A DNA stretch of 64,000 bases from an uncultured Candidatus Binatia bacterium (GTDB lineage Bacteria > Desulfobacterota > Binatia > UBA9968 > CAXXLF01): assembly GCA_965218425.1 (NCBI GenBank), contig OZ244621.1, forward strand, positions 2,976,001 through 3,040,000. Direction: 5' to 3'. Positions 1 to 10,808 of the stretch are shown here, one piece after another; position 1 is the first letter of the stretch, and the number at the start of each line of letters is the position of its first letter. Under the pieces are notes generated by a model, which was given only the letters and a program-made list of their open reading frames with translations, had not been told where the DNA came from and searched no databases. A program made the position numbers and the translations under genes.

Positions 1-2
1 AG

Positions 3-479
3 GCGGTTCTGCGAGCCACAGGCGGGACGCCAGCATTGGCTCCTTTACGGACCACGAAGCCCGTTGCCACGGGGGTCAAACCCGCAGGGCCAAGTCAGGT
101 GGACAATGGACGTTTTGCCTATGAGGAAGCCTGGAAGTCTCTAGAGCGAAAAAATTACCGGGAAGCAATTGCCCGATTAAATGAGTTTTTGAGGAATCAT
201 CCACGGAGCGAATATGCCGACAACGCCCAGTATTGGATAGGGGAAAGCTACTACGCTTTAAGGGAATTCGATCAGGCCATTCTTGAATTTGACGCGGTTC
301 GGCGAAAATACCCGGGTGGAGAAAAAGTGCCGGCTGCGCTGCTCAAGCAGGGCTTCGCCTTTGCGGAACTGGGAGATAAAGTCGACGCCCGTCTCATCCT
401 CCAGGAGCTCATCGCCCGATACCCACAGTCAAAAGAGGCGGTGAAGGCAGAAGAAAAGGTAAAGGCCCTGGAATCGTAA
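3..479 (+). CDS. cpoB: Tol-Pal system / cell division coordinator CpoB (YbgF), TPR domain; 5' end lies outside the window
   Basis: TPR motifs YADNAQYWIGESYY and KVPAALLKQG; frame is open back to the window edge. Confidence 0.85.
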   Translation, partial: AVLRATGGTPALAPLRTTKPVATGVKPAGPSQVDNGRFAYEEAWKSLERKNYREAIARLNEFLRNHPRSEYADNAQYWIGESYYALREFDQAILEFDAVRRKYPGGEKVPAALLKQGFAFAELGDKVDARLILQELIARYPQSKEAVKAEEKVKALES

Positions 480-816
480 TTCCTCGAGGATCCTGAATCC
501 CAACGTCCCGTCTCTTCAACAGCTTCCTGTTGGTAGTTGTCGGCAACTATCCATGGCGGAAGCCCCCTCGGCTCAAAGGCGAAGGTTTGCCTTACGGGGC
601 GTTTGAAAATCAGGGCAACTCAAGGGAGTGTCCCCCTAGTGGGCAGGCACAGAGACCTGGAGGTTGTGTCCGGTTGCATGCCGGCCCGTCGGATACAGTC
701 CCATGGGTCTCTCTGGGCCCGCGACGGTAAGCTTGGATAGAGCGAAGGGTGCGGCTAATTGGATTGCTGGGTGGTTCAATTGGTTAACGACTAGCGGAAT
801 CATCGATGAAACGATC

Positions 817-1773
817 ATGGAGATCCTCCGCCATATAGAAAACCGTCCACTTGCGTTTCCCAGGCCCATATTGACCATGGGGAACTTTGACGGTCTTCAC
901 TTGGGCCATCAATCCCTGTTGCGGCAGTTGTGTCAGGAAGCGAAAGATCTGGGTGGCTCTTCAGTGGTGCTCACTTTTGAGCCCCACCCTTTGAAAATCC
1001 TGGCACCCACACGAGCCCCCAAATTGTTGTTGACCCACAAAGACAAAATGCTTCTCCTCCAATCCAAGGGTGTGGATGTCGTGATTATTCAAGAGTTCAA
1101 TTCTGCCTTTGCAATGTTAGAGGCAGAGGCATTTGTCAGGCGTTATCTTGTGGAAGGGTTAAAGGTGCATCGGATCTGGGTGGGGAAGGGATTCCGGTTT
1201 GGCCGAGGAAGACGAGGAAACGTGGAAACCTTAACGGAATTTGGAAAGAAATGCGGATACGGAGTTAAGATCATTGAGCCCATCTTGGATGAAGGTCAAC
1301 GGATTAGCAGCACTCGCATTCGAGCACTCATTGAAGAGGGCCATGTCCATCAAGTCAACCGGTTTCTTGGGCGGTGTCATTTTGTCTCGGGCCGCGTGGT
1401 CAAAGGCCATCAGAGGGGAAAGGCCCTGGGTTTTCCCACAGCGAATATCTCCACACGCACTGAAGTGCTTCCACCAGATGGGGTCTATGCAACTTTTTTC
1501 TGGGTCCAGGGCCGTCGCTGGTCGAGCGTTACCAGCCTGGGGAGCAATCCCACCTTTGGAGACGGACCGCGGACCCTTGAAACCTATCTTTTCGATTTTG
1601 ATGGGGACCTTTATGATCAGTCGATTCGGTTGTCCTTTGTTAAACGAATTCGGCAACAGATGAAATTTTCCTCTCCCGAACTTCTTATTGCCCAGATGCA
1701 CGAGGACGTCCTACAGGCTCGGGAAGCCCTGGGGAGGGCGGAAGGCAGCGAATTGGCGGAGTTCGGAACTTAG
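817..1773 (+). CDS. ribF: Bifunctional riboflavin kinase / FAD synthetase
   Basis: GNFDGLHLGHQ, TFEPHP, ISSTRIR and GFPTAN motifs; start moved to ATG 817 (MEILRH). Confidence 0.95.
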   Translation: MEILRHIENRPLAFPRPILTMGNFDGLHLGHQSLLRQLCQEAKDLGGSSVVLTFEPHPLKILAPTRAPKLLLTHKDKMLLLQSKGVDVVIIQEFNSAFAMLEAEAFVRRYLVEGLKVHRIWVGKGFRFGRGRRGNVETLTEFGKKCGYGVKIIEPILDEGQRISSTRIRALIEEGHVHQVNRFLGRCHFVSGRVVKGHQRGKALGFPTANISTRTEVLPPDGVYATFFWVQGRRWSSVTSLGSNPTFGDGPRTLETYLFDFDGDLYDQSIRLSFVKRIRQQMKFSSPELLIAQMHEDVLQAREALGRAEGSELAEFGT

Positions 1774-2166
1774 TTTCTCATCCACAAAGGCTCGACAGTC
1801 CGAATCCAAACATGTTTTCCCGTTCGCCAAGGCTTCGGGGAAGCCTCGGAAACCTTAGCGTGGGAGGATTGCACGCCAAGACTCCCCGGAGGACGGATCT
1901 GTCCTTGGCTGAACCGATGCCACAACGAGAAAAAGTAGGCGGATTACAGCATGGAGCAGGAAAATCTAAATTTGGAAAACCCAGGCTGAGCCGTGGACTT
2001 CTAACTGGTTGCTGTTTTGTAATCCCGTGTCCGAATTACTGCCTGGTGCCAGCTGCTAACTGCCAGATGGTTTTGTTTCGTGCCTTGCGTCTCTGCGGTT
2101 ATATTCTTAAAAGGATGTCTTTCTGTGTCCATCCGCGTAAATCTGCGGTTAATAGCTTTTTTGAGG

Positions 2167-2185
2167 CTTTGCGCCTTTGCGCGAG
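2167..2185. repeat. Short REP-like unit CTTTGCGCCTTTGCGCGAG, part of a cluster of related units at about 1870-2185
   Basis: Related units recur at 15716-15735, 23555-23573 (reverse), 41821-41888 and 51122-51227. Confidence 0.6.
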
Positions 2186-2218
2186 GGGAAAATCTCGAAT
2201 ATCTTTGGTTACAATTAT

Positions 2219-3334
2219 ATGACCACCCATGGCGCCATAGTGCGAGACGAATACGCTGGGATGCGATTGGATACTTTCCTGGCGCAACGTTATCTCGACT
2301 CCGGGGAAGGGCCCTCGTTAATGGAACTTCACACTCAAGGAGATGACGACATTTCCATTGGTCCGGTGCCGGACGAGGTGGGCCCCTCATTAGATTTAAG
2401 CCGGTCTGCCGTGCAAAAACTCATTGCGGGAGGACAGGTGACCATCAATGGCCACAGGACCAAGGCTAGCGCACGACTGAAGTCGGGTGATCGTGTGGAG
2501 GTTAATTGGAATCCGCCTGTACCCTCGAAGGTCGGTCCTGAACCTCTCAATGTCCCAATTCTCCATGAGGATGAGGATCTCATCGTCGTCAATAAGCCCC
2601 CGGGAATGGTGGTTCATCCGGCCGCCGGCAATCCTCGGGGTACTTTGGTCAACGCCCTTCTTCATCACTGTCCCAATCTGCCGGGGATCGGAGGAGAACG
2701 ACGCCCCGGAATTGTCCACAGGTTGGACAAGGAAACCTCGGGCGTCATGGTAGTTGCCAAGCATGAAAAACCGTTCCGTCACCTCTCGCTCCAGTTTAAA
2801 GATCGGCGAGTCACTAAGGAGTATTCCGCCTTTGTATGGGGTCGGGTGGACCAAGAAGAGGGAGTCATTGATCGTCCCATAGGCCGACATCGTAGCGATC
2901 GCAAGAGGATGTCCAGCTTGCACTCACTCCCCCATTCGAGAAGCGCGGTGACGGAATGGGAGGTGGAAAATTCCTTTGGCCTGCCCTCTTCACGGGGTCC
3001 ACTGGTTTGGGTGACGTGGCTGCGCGTAAGACCCCATACCGGACGAACCCATCAGATTCGGGTGCATCTGGCGGATCAAGGGCTCCCTGTGGTAAGGGAC
3101 AAGGTCTATGGCAGGAACAAACAGGGGACTCTAAAAGATGACGACACAGCCATTGCCAGGATCGCTAATTTTCCACGACAGGCGCTCCATGCTGAAAGAC
3201 TCAGTTTGATCCATCCGAGAACGGAGCGTTCGCAGGTATTCACAGCTCCCTGGTTTGAGGATATGAAAGATCTATGCGAAATTTTGAAACAACGTTGCGT
3301 TGAAAAAACAATGGAAAAATACTACAAGGGTTGA
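2219..3334 (+). CDS. rluD: RluA/RluD-family 23S rRNA pseudouridine synthase with N-terminal S4 domain
   Basis: VNKPPGMVVHP, catalytic IVHRLDKETSG, TGRTHQIRVH, RQALHA; exact start uncertain. Confidence 0.9.
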   Translation: MTTHGAIVRDEYAGMRLDTFLAQRYLDSGEGPSLMELHTQGDDDISIGPVPDEVGPSLDLSRSAVQKLIAGGQVTINGHRTKASARLKSGDRVEVNWNPPVPSKVGPEPLNVPILHEDEDLIVVNKPPGMVVHPAAGNPRGTLVNALLHHCPNLPGIGGERRPGIVHRLDKETSGVMVVAKHEKPFRHLSLQFKDRRVTKEYSAFVWGRVDQEEGVIDRPIGRHRSDRKRMSSLHSLPHSRSAVTEWEVENSFGLPSSRGPLVWVTWLRVRPHTGRTHQIRVHLADQGLPVVRDKVYGRNKQGTLKDDDTAIARIANFPRQALHAERLSLIHPRTERSQVFTAPWFEDMKDLCEILKQRCVEKTMEKYYKG

Positions 3335-3359
3335 CAAGGAGTTTGATTTTTCCTAAGGT
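3331..3359 (+). promoter_or_regulatory. Sigma70-type promoter upstream of the rho leader
   Basis: TTGACA-17 nt-TAAGGT. Confidence 0.6.
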
Positions 3360-3760
3360 GAATTTTATCGCCCATTCCGTGGAATTAATCCCGCATAAAA
3401 ATTATCATCACAGGTTCCGACATTTATATTTGATTTAAGTATTAGAATAAAGATTCACGTCCGGAACAGAATTCTTGTTGATATGAGATGCCGCAACTGC
3501 CCCAAGGCTTCCTGCTAGACGATTAAGGTTGTCGTAAAATTCTTCGGGATCGTGCATCAATTTGACTCAATTTGTTGGCGGCACAAGAGTTCCGGGGCGG
3601 TTTAGACGGGTTAGGAGATTCACCCCGCCCCCTTTTTCTATAGGTCCAGCGCGAGTATGGGGATGAAATCCAGCCAAATTCCATTTTGAGAAACGCGTTT
3701 CCTATCCAAGATTAAATTGTTACGAGGTGTACATTGAGAGGTGAAAAGAGAGGTGTTTCC

Positions 3761-5059
3761 ATGGCCAGTGCGAGAAGCCGAGCCGAATCGGAGATCACGG
3801 AACAAAACGGATTGAATCTGACTTTCCTCAAAGGGAAGAAAATCAGTGAATTAGCGCAGATCGGAAAGACCTTTAGTATCGATGGCGCCGCCAACATGCG
3901 CAGGCAAGAACTCATCTTCGCCATCCTTCAAGCGCAGACCGAGAAAAACGGGTTCATATGTGGCGAGGGGGTGCTTGAGACACTTCCTGACGGCTTCGGT
4001 TTTCTACGTGCTCCCGACTATAACTATCTCCCGGGCCCTGATGACATCTATGTGTCTCCCAGTCAGATCCGACGCTTTGGTCTTCGCACCGGGGATATTA
4101 TTTCCGGTCAGATTCGACCTCCTAAAGAAGGGGAGCGGTACTTCGCCTTGCTCAAGGTTGAATCCATCAACTACGAAGATCCCGACAAGGCACGGGAGAA
4201 GATCTTATTCGACAACCTCATTCCTTTGTATCCGGATGCTCGGTTGCAGCTGGAATATGTTCCGGACGAATACACGACCCGCATCACGGACCTGTTGACC
4301 CCCATTGGGAAGGGACAAAGGGGCCTGATTGTGGCAGCCCCTAGAACCGGCAAGACGATGATGTTGCAAAACCTTGCCAAGGCCATTGCCATCAACCACG
4401 AAGAGGTGGCTCTCATCGTCCTGCTGATTGACGAGCGTCCTGAAGAAGTGACCGATATGCAGCGTTCCGTGAAAGGCGAGGTGGTGAGTTCCACATTCGA
4501 TGAACCGGCCACACGGCATGTACAGGTTGCTGAAATGGTGATTGAGAAAGCCAAGCGCCTGGTGGAACATGGACGTGACGTTGTGGTCCTCTTGGACAGC
4601 ATCACACGCCTTGCCAGGGCCTACAACACAGTGGTCCCACCAAGCGGGAAAATCCTATCCGGCGGAGTGGACTCCAACGCATTGCATAAGCCGAAAAAGT
4701 TTTTTGGCGCGGCCCGAAATATAGAGGATGGGGGGAGCCTCACCATTATTGCTACCGCGCTTATCGATACAGGGAGCCGCATGGATGAGGTGATTTTTGA
4801 AGAGTTTAAAGGGACAGGTAACATGGAGCTGCATTTGGACCGCCGACTCATGGACAAACGGGTATTTCCCGCATTGGATATCAACAAGTCGGGAACCAGG
4901 AAAGAAGAACTCCTAATTTCACGGGAAGATCTCAATCGAATCTGGATCCTGCGCAAGGTTTTGTCTCAGCTAAGCGTAGTAGAAGCCATGGAGTTCTTGT
5001 TGGACAAGATCAGGGGGACCAAAAATAACAAGGAGTTCCTCGATGCCATGAATCAATGA
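3761..5059 (+). CDS. rho: Transcription termination factor Rho
   Basis: [19 protein letters not shown], Walker [24 protein letters not shown] 3761 follows GAGAGGTG. Confidence 0.98.
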   Translation: MASARSRAESEITEQNGLNLTFLKGKKISELAQIGKTFSIDGAANMRRQELIFAILQAQTEKNGFICGEGVLETLPDGFGFLRAPDYNYLPGPDDIYVSPSQIRRFGLRTGDIISGQIRPPKEGERYFALLKVESINYEDPDKAREKILFDNLIPLYPDARLQLEYVPDEYTTRITDLLTPIGKGQRGLIVAAPRTGKTMMLQNLAKAIAINHEEVALIVLLIDERPEEVTDMQRSVKGEVVSSTFDEPATRHVQVAEMVIEKAKRLVEHGRDVVVLLDSITRLARAYNTVVPPSGKILSGGVDSNALHKPKKFFGAARNIEDGGSLTIIATALIDTGSRMDEVIFEEFKGTGNMELHLDRRLMDKRVFPALDINKSGTRKEELLISREDLNRIWILRKVLSQLSVVEAMEFLLDKIRGTKNNKEFLDAMNQ

Positions 5060-5310
5060 GCCCCCCTTACCCTTCCGACCCGCTCAAATCCCCGATACCT
5101 CTTGCAGCAGCATCCAATTTTTGCTAAAAGCCCAACATCGCTGAGTTTTTTCCTTCCCCCGGTAAGGGGGCAAGAGCCTATTGTAATTCCAGGCCGTGCA
5201 GCGCTTAGACATGCGGTTGGCGGGCCCTCGCCACCCCTCCCATGGCCACGGATGGATAGAAAAATAGAAAAGAAGGGAGATTAACCTAGGACAATGAAGG
5301 GTTGGAATTT

Positions 5311-6114
5311 ATGACTGAAGTTTCTATGAAGCTGCTTTTGGAGGCCGGGGTTCATTTCGGACACCAGACGAGTCGTTGGAACCCTAAAATGAAACCCTAC
5401 ATCTTTGGGGCCCGTAATGGGATTCATATCGTTGATCTGCAGCAAACCGTAAAGATGTTTTACGATGTGTATGGCTTTGTCCGTGATATGGCCGCCACAG
5501 GAGGGCAGATCCTGTTTGTAGGCACCAAAACACAAGCCCAGGATGCCATCAAAGAAGAAGCCTCACGCTGTGGTATGCATTATGTCTATCACCGGTGGCT
5601 CGGAGGTACTCTCACGAATTTTCAAACCCTACGACAGAGCATCGAACGGCTCAAGAAAATCACTGAGATGGAAAGTGACTCTAAAATTATTGACGCTTTG
5701 ACGAAAAAAGAGTTGTTGGGTCTCAGCCGGGAAAAGGAAAAGTTAGAACGGTTCCTAGGGGGAATCAAAGGCATAAAGAAACTGCCAGACGCCATTTTTG
5801 TCATTGATCCAAAGCAGGAAGCAATCGCGGTTCGAGAGGCGAGAAAGTTGGGGATTCCCGTGGTTGCCGTCATTGACACGGATTGCGATCCGGATTTGGT
5901 GGATTACAAAGTGCCGGGTAACGATGATGCCATTCGCGCCATCCGCCTCTTTTGTAGTGCGGTGGCTGACGCTGTGAACGAGGGAAAAACCATATACGAG
6001 CAAGCCACAGCGGCCCAGGAAAAGGGAGAGACCTCGGAGCAGGCACCCGCGCCCGACCCTCGGCCTGTGGAGGCCCAAACCAGCGAGATTCCAGTGGTGG
6101 GGAAGAGTCAGTAA
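5311..6114 (+). CDS. rpsB: 30S ribosomal protein S2
   Basis: [38 protein letters not shown]. Confidence 0.98.
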   Translation: MTEVSMKLLLEAGVHFGHQTSRWNPKMKPYIFGARNGIHIVDLQQTVKMFYDVYGFVRDMAATGGQILFVGTKTQAQDAIKEEASRCGMHYVYHRWLGGTLTNFQTLRQSIERLKKITEMESDSKIIDALTKKELLGLSREKEKLERFLGGIKGIKKLPDAIFVIDPKQEAIAVREARKLGIPVVAVIDTDCDPDLVDYKVPGNDDAIRAIRLFCSAVADAVNEGKTIYEQATAAQEKGETSEQAPAPDPRPVEAQTSEIPVVGKSQ

Positions 6115-6116
6115 AG

Positions 6117-6722
6117 ATGGAGATCAGCGCTGCATCGGTGAGAGAGCTTCGGGAAAAGACCGGGGCCGGCATGATGGATTGCAAGAAGGCCCTGTTAGAA
6201 TCGGCGGGAGATATGGAGAAGGCAGTGGACCATCTGCGTCAGAAGGGTCTCGCGCTGGCATCTCGGAAAGAGGGAAGGGTAGCCGCTGAGGGTTTGGTGG
6301 GTTCTTACATCCACGGGGGAGGTAAAATCGGAGTCTTGGTTGAGCTCAATTGCGAAACGGACTTCGTGGCTCGTACTCCTGAGTTCCAAAATCTTCTAAA
6401 GGATGTGGCGATGCAGATCGCCGCTGCCAATCCAAAGTATATTCGCCGGGAAGACGTACCAGGGGATGAGCTGGAGCGAGAGCGCCAAATCTTTGACCAG
6501 CAAGCGATTGAGTCGGGTAAGCCGGAAAAAGTCGTGGGCAAGATCGTGGATGGGAAGATAGAACGCTTCTATTCTGAGGTTTGCCTCCTGGAGCAGGAAT
6601 ATATCAAGGATCCTGACCGACGGGTGGGGGATCTCATCAAGGATATCGTGGCCCGGCTGGGTGAGAATGTTCAGGTGAGGCGGTTCACGCGCTTCCACAT
6701 CGGGGAAGGGGTCCCGGGGTAA
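6117..6722 (+). CDS. tsf: Elongation factor Ts (short, ~200 aa form)
   Basis: [26 protein letters not shown]; follows rpsB. Confidence 0.98.
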   Translation: MEISAASVRELREKTGAGMMDCKKALLESAGDMEKAVDHLRQKGLALASRKEGRVAAEGLVGSYIHGGGKIGVLVELNCETDFVARTPEFQNLLKDVAMQIAAANPKYIRREDVPGDELERERQIFDQQAIESGKPEKVVGKIVDGKIERFYSEVCLLEQEYIKDPDRRVGDLIKDIVARLGENVQVRRFTRFHIGEGVPG

Positions 6723-6745
6723 TCGTCAAATCGAGCGGAGCATCG

Positions 6746-7477
6746 ATGGGCAGTAGGAGCCTCAAGTATAAGCGTGTTATTTTAAAGGTTACTGGAGAGG
6801 TTCTTGCCGGGGTACAAAAGCATGGAATTGACGGCTCCACCCTACGCGACTTTGCCAAAGAGATTAAAGAGGTCCATGAGCTGGGATGTGAGATAGCCCT
6901 GGTCATGGGAGGGGGAAACATCCTGCGCGGCGCCAAAGCGAGCGAGGAGGGGATGGATCGCGCCAGCGCCGACTACATGGGGATGTTGGCGACGGTTATT
7001 AATAGTCTGGCCCTACAGGACGCGCTGGAGAAAATTGATGTCTCAACCCGTGTGATGTCCGCCATCGAGATGCGCCAGGTGGCCGAACCCTACATTCGTC
7101 GACGGGCGGTGCGCCACATCGAAAAGCGTCGAGTTGTCATTCTTGCCGGAGGAACCGGTAATCCTTATTTCACTACCGACACAACAGCAAGCCTTCGTGC
7201 CATGGAGGTGGGGGCAGAAGTGATTCTCAAAGCAACCAAGGTTCAAGGGGTCTATGACGCGGACCCGTTGAAGACTACTCAAGCCAAGATGTACAGCGAA
7301 GTGAGTCATATGGAGTTGCTGAGAAAAGAGTTGAAGGTCATGGATGCCACCGCCGTATCCCTGTGCATGGACAATCAACTACCCATCGTGGTCTTTAATA
7401 TTCTGGAAAAGGGGAATATCAAAAGGGTCATCTCAGGTGACGCTATCGGGACCCTTGTGACCATGGAGAACAGATGA
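6746..7477 (+). CDS. pyrH: UMP kinase
   Basis: [30 protein letters not shown]. Confidence 0.98.
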   Translation: MGSRSLKYKRVILKVTGEVLAGVQKHGIDGSTLRDFAKEIKEVHELGCEIALVMGGGNILRGAKASEEGMDRASADYMGMLATVINSLALQDALEKIDVSTRVMSAIEMRQVAEPYIRRRAVRHIEKRRVVILAGGTGNPYFTTDTTASLRAMEVGAEVILKATKVQGVYDADPLKTTQAKMYSEVSHMELLRKELKVMDATAVSLCMDNQLPIVVFNILEKGNIKRVISGDAIGTLVTMENR

Positions 7478-8031
7478 ACGAACCCTTTTTTGCCGATCTG
7501 CAAAAAGAATTCGATAAAACGGTGACTGCTTTCCGCAAGGATCTCGCGAAGGTGCGCACTGGGCGGGCTTCCACAGCCCTGCTCGAGGGAATGATAGTGG
7601 ACTACTATGGAACGCCAACACCCTTGAATCAACTGGGCAACCTCTCGGTCCCTGAACCTCGCCTTTTGGTAATTCAAGCCTACGATCAATCTGCCATGGG
7701 CAACATTGAGAAGGCAATCCTCAAAGCGGATTTGGGGTTGAACCCCAATAATGATGGCAAGGTGATTCGTATCCCCGTTCCCGAATTGAGTGAGGAACGG
7801 AGGAAAGAACTGGTCAAGCACGTCAAAAAGGTTGCCGAGGAATTCCGAGTCTCCGTGCGCAACCATCGACGCGTCATGATCGACAAGATCAAGGACATGC
7901 AAAAGAGCAAAGAAATTACTGAGGACGATCTCAAGCATAGCCAGGAACGAATTCAGAAGTTGACGGACGACTTTATCGGCCGCATCGACAAGGTGCTCAA
8001 GAGCAAAGAAGACGAGATAATGGAGGTTTGA
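7474..8031 (+). CDS. frr: Ribosome recycling factor
   Basis: [33 protein letters not shown]. Confidence 0.98.
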   Translation: MNEPFFADLQKEFDKTVTAFRKDLAKVRTGRASTALLEGMIVDYYGTPTPLNQLGNLSVPEPRLLVIQAYDQSAMGNIEKAILKADLGLNPNNDGKVIRIPVPELSEERRKELVKHVKKVAEEFRVSVRNHRRVMIDKIKDMQKSKEITEDDLKHSQERIQKLTDDFIGRIDKVLKSKEDEIMEV

Positions 8032-8067
8032 TCCTCCAAGCTTCCTTCCCACCTTTCCACATACAAA

Positions 8068-8805
8068 ATGAATCTTCAGGGCTTAGACAAAAATCGGTTG
8101 CCCAAGCATGTGGCGATTATTATGGATGGCAACGGTCGTTGGGCAAAATTGCGGGGAAAGAGCCGAATCGAGGGTCACCGGATAGGTAAGTCTTCGGTAC
8201 GTGTGGTTGTGGAGTTGAGCCGAAAATTGGGTATCTCTTACCTTTCCTTATACGCCTTTTCGGCGGAAAATTGGCAACGCCCTAGAGAAGAAGTGGGTGC
8301 GTTGATGGAGATACTGGAACGCTACCTTTCCGATGAACAGGAAAGAATGATGCGAAACGGTGTGCGGCTCCTGGCCATTGGTGAGCGGGATCGGCTCCCG
8401 GGTTCGGTACAGCGGATTTTGGACTACATTATTGAAAAAACAAAGAACAATACCATGATTACGGTCATCCTGGCATTGAGTTATAGCGGACAGGACGATG
8501 TCGTAAAAATGGTCAGAAAGATCGCGCACGAGGTAAAAGCAGGACGTTGGGAACCCGAAGATATAAACGCGGAAATTATCTCAGCTCATACGGAGACGGG
8601 TGTGATTCCAAATCCGGATTTACTCATACGAACCAGTGGGGAGATGCGGATCAGCAATTTTTTCCTCTGGCAGATCCCCTATGCGGAACTTTATTTTACC
8701 CCCACCCTTTGGCCTGACTTTCGAGAGACCCAATACATCCAGGCATTGATTGAGTTCCAACGACGTCAGCGGAGATTCGGGGGGATCGATGAGCGGCAAC
8801 TTTAG
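8068..8805 (+). CDS. uppS: Undecaprenyl diphosphate synthase
   Basis: HVAIIMDGNGRWA, FSAENWQRP, DLLIRTSGEMRISNF. Confidence 0.97.
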   Translation: MNLQGLDKNRLPKHVAIIMDGNGRWAKLRGKSRIEGHRIGKSSVRVVVELSRKLGISYLSLYAFSAENWQRPREEVGALMEILERYLSDEQERMMRNGVRLLAIGERDRLPGSVQRILDYIIEKTKNNTMITVILALSYSGQDDVVKMVRKIAHEVKAGRWEPEDINAEIISAHTETGVIPNPDLLIRTSGEMRISNFFLWQIPYAELYFTPTLWPDFRETQYIQALIEFQRRQRRFGGIDERQL

Positions 8806-8838
8806 GGATCGCCTCACAGCGGCTCCGAGCCTGGCCCG

Positions 8839-9639
8839 GTGATGCGGACTAGGGTGATCACAGCCCTGGTGGGGCTACCCCTCCTGATCCTCATGGTAGC
8901 CTTCGGTCACCGTTGGCATTTATTTTCTTCGTTTATTTTTATTTTTACCGTTGGCGCCTTGGGGGAATACTTCTTCATGGCTTTCCCCCACCAGGGAAAG
9001 AGGAGATTTCTGGGAATAGGTTTCGGTATTCTTGTTTCACTGATGATTTTTATCCCGGCAGTGGCGGAACCTGGATTGTTCCTGGCCTTCGTGTTGGTGG
9101 GGCTGTTTTCAAGCTTTCTTTTGTTTAGTGGAAACCTGGAGGATCGGTATCAAAGCCTGGGTTGGACTTTGCTAGGGGTGTTGTACGTAGGTTTTTTATT
9201 TCCCCATTTCGTTTTGATCCATCGAGGACCCGCGGGAATGATGTGGGTTTTCTGGCTGCTGCTGACGGTGTTCCTGTCGGATACGGCCGCCTATATTGCC
9301 GGGATTGCCTTGGGTAAAAGAAAGTTGTATCCTCAGGTAAGCCCAGCAAAGACCGTCGAGGGCGCCATCGGCGCATTACTCATTAGCGTTGCGGTGGGGA
9401 CATTGGCCGGGCGTCTAATGCTTCCCAATCTGTGCTGGTTTGAAGCGGTCCTGCTTTCCCTGGTGGTGGGATTGCTCGCACAAGTGGGAGATTTGGTAGA
9501 GTCAGGGATCAAAAGGGTGTTCTCAGTAAAAGACTCAGGACGGTTTCTTCCGGGACATGGGGGGCTTTTGGATCGGATCGATAGTCTTATTTTTCCCGCT
9601 GTATTCATTGCCCACTATACTCGACTACATTCCCTATGA
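8839..9639 (+). CDS. cdsA: Phosphatidate cytidylyltransferase
   Basis: SPAKTVEG, KDSGRFLPGHGGLLDRIDS; hydrophobic. Confidence 0.95.
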   Translation: MMRTRVITALVGLPLLILMVAFGHRWHLFSSFIFIFTVGALGEYFFMAFPHQGKRRFLGIGFGILVSLMIFIPAVAEPGLFLAFVLVGLFSSFLLFSGNLEDRYQSLGWTLLGVLYVGFLFPHFVLIHRGPAGMMWVFWLLLTVFLSDTAAYIAGIALGKRKLYPQVSPAKTVEGAIGALLISVAVGTLAGRLMLPNLCWFEAVLLSLVVGLLAQVGDLVESGIKRVFSVKDSGRFLPGHGGLLDRIDSLIFPAVFIAHYTRLHSL

Positions 9640-10808
9640 AATCCATTGCTATTCTGGGCTCCACGGGGTCCATCGGGGTCAGTACCCTCAAGTTGGTTCG
9701 AAGCTTTCCAGACAGGTTCCGGGCTCGAGGTTTAGTGGCGGGTAGAAACATTGAGAGGTTGGCGGAACAGACTGTGGAGTTCTCCCCTGAATGGGTGAGT
9801 ATCGGGAAGAAGGAAGACGTCCCCCGTTTGCAAGCCCTGTTGGGAAAACGAAAGACAGAGATCCTGTGGGGGGAAGAGGGTGCAAAAACCATAGCCGCAG
9901 CGCCGGAGGTGGATGTGGTGATCGCCGCAATTGTGGGTGGCGCGGGTTTGGTCCCTACCCTAGCGGCGGTTCAAGCGGGAAAAGAGGTTGGTCTGGCCAA
10001 TAAGGAAACCCTTGTCATGGCGGGGGAGATCTTTGTGCGTGAGGCAAGGCAGAGGGGTTCGAAGCTTCTTCCCGTGGACAGTGAGCATAGCGCTATCTTT
10101 CAGTGTCTTCAAGGTCATCGGAAGGAGGATGTTGACCGTATTATCCTTACAGCTTCCGGAGGGCCTTTTCTGCGTACCGCACTCAAGACTTTGGACCATG
10201 TAACAGTGAAGCAGGCGTTAAAACACCCCAATTGGAAAATGGGACCGAAAATAACCATTGATTCGGCGACCATGATGAATAAGGGGTTGGAAGTGGTGGA
10301 GGCGCGGTGGTTGTTCGATATGGAACCTGATCGGGTAGAGGTTGTCATCCACCCCGAAAGCATCGTTCACTCCATGGTACGGTACCAAGATGGCACAGTT
10401 ATTGCTCAATTAGGGATACCGGATATGCAAATTCCCATTGCCTATGCCCTGTCATGCCCCTATCGCCTAAAGATGAACCTTCCACCACTGAATTTGACAC
10501 AAAAGGGTAGACTTAATTTTCTCCCGGTGGAAAAAAAGAGGTATCCGGCCCTTGATTTGGCCTATGAAGCCCTAGCGGTGGGAGGGACCATGCCGGCGGT
10601 TCTCAATGCGGCCAATGAGGTGGCCGTGGGGGCTTTCTTGGACAAGCGCATCGGATTTCGCGATATTCATCGATTGATCGAGAGGACCACAGGGGCTCAC
10701 TCTTGGACACACCCCCAGGATATTGCGAAGATCCTTGAGGTGGATCGTTGGGCCCGGGATCATACAGCAGCTTTTGTAAATGACGGGCTGAAGGAGAACA
10801 GAAGATGA
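9636..10808 (+). CDS. dxr: 1-deoxy-D-xylulose-5-phosphate reductoisomerase
   Basis: ILGSTGSIG, LANKETLV, PVDSEHSAIFQ, HPNWKMGPKITIDSATMMNKGLE. Confidence 0.98.
   Translation: MKSIAILGSTGSIGVSTLKLVRSFPDRFRARGLVAGRNIERLAEQTVEFSPEWVSIGKKEDVPRLQALLGKRKTEILWGEEGAKTIAAAPEVDVVIAAIVGGAGLVPTLAAVQAGKEVGLANKETLVMAGEIFVREARQRGSKLLPVDSEHSAIFQCLQGHRKEDVDRIILTASGGPFLRTALKTLDHVTVKQALKHPNWKMGPKITIDSATMMNKGLEVVEARWLFDMEPDRVEVVIHPESIVHSMVRYQDGTVIAQLGIPDMQIPIAYALSCPYRLKMNLPPLNLTQKGRLNFLPVEKKRYPALDLAYEALAVGGTMPAVLNAANEVAVGAFLDKRIGFRDIHRLIERTTGAHSWTHPQDIAKILEVDRWARDHTAAFVNDGLKENRR

Noticed and set aside
5170..5310. Possible S2-binding rpsB leader RNA
   Set aside because: Expected by position, but a convincing conserved structure could not be identified by eye.
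7375..8052. 225-aa minus-strand ORF, and similar antisense ORFs over ilvB, ilvN, the SDR and cdc48
   Set aside because: They fully overlap well-supported genes on the opposite strand and show no protein family features.
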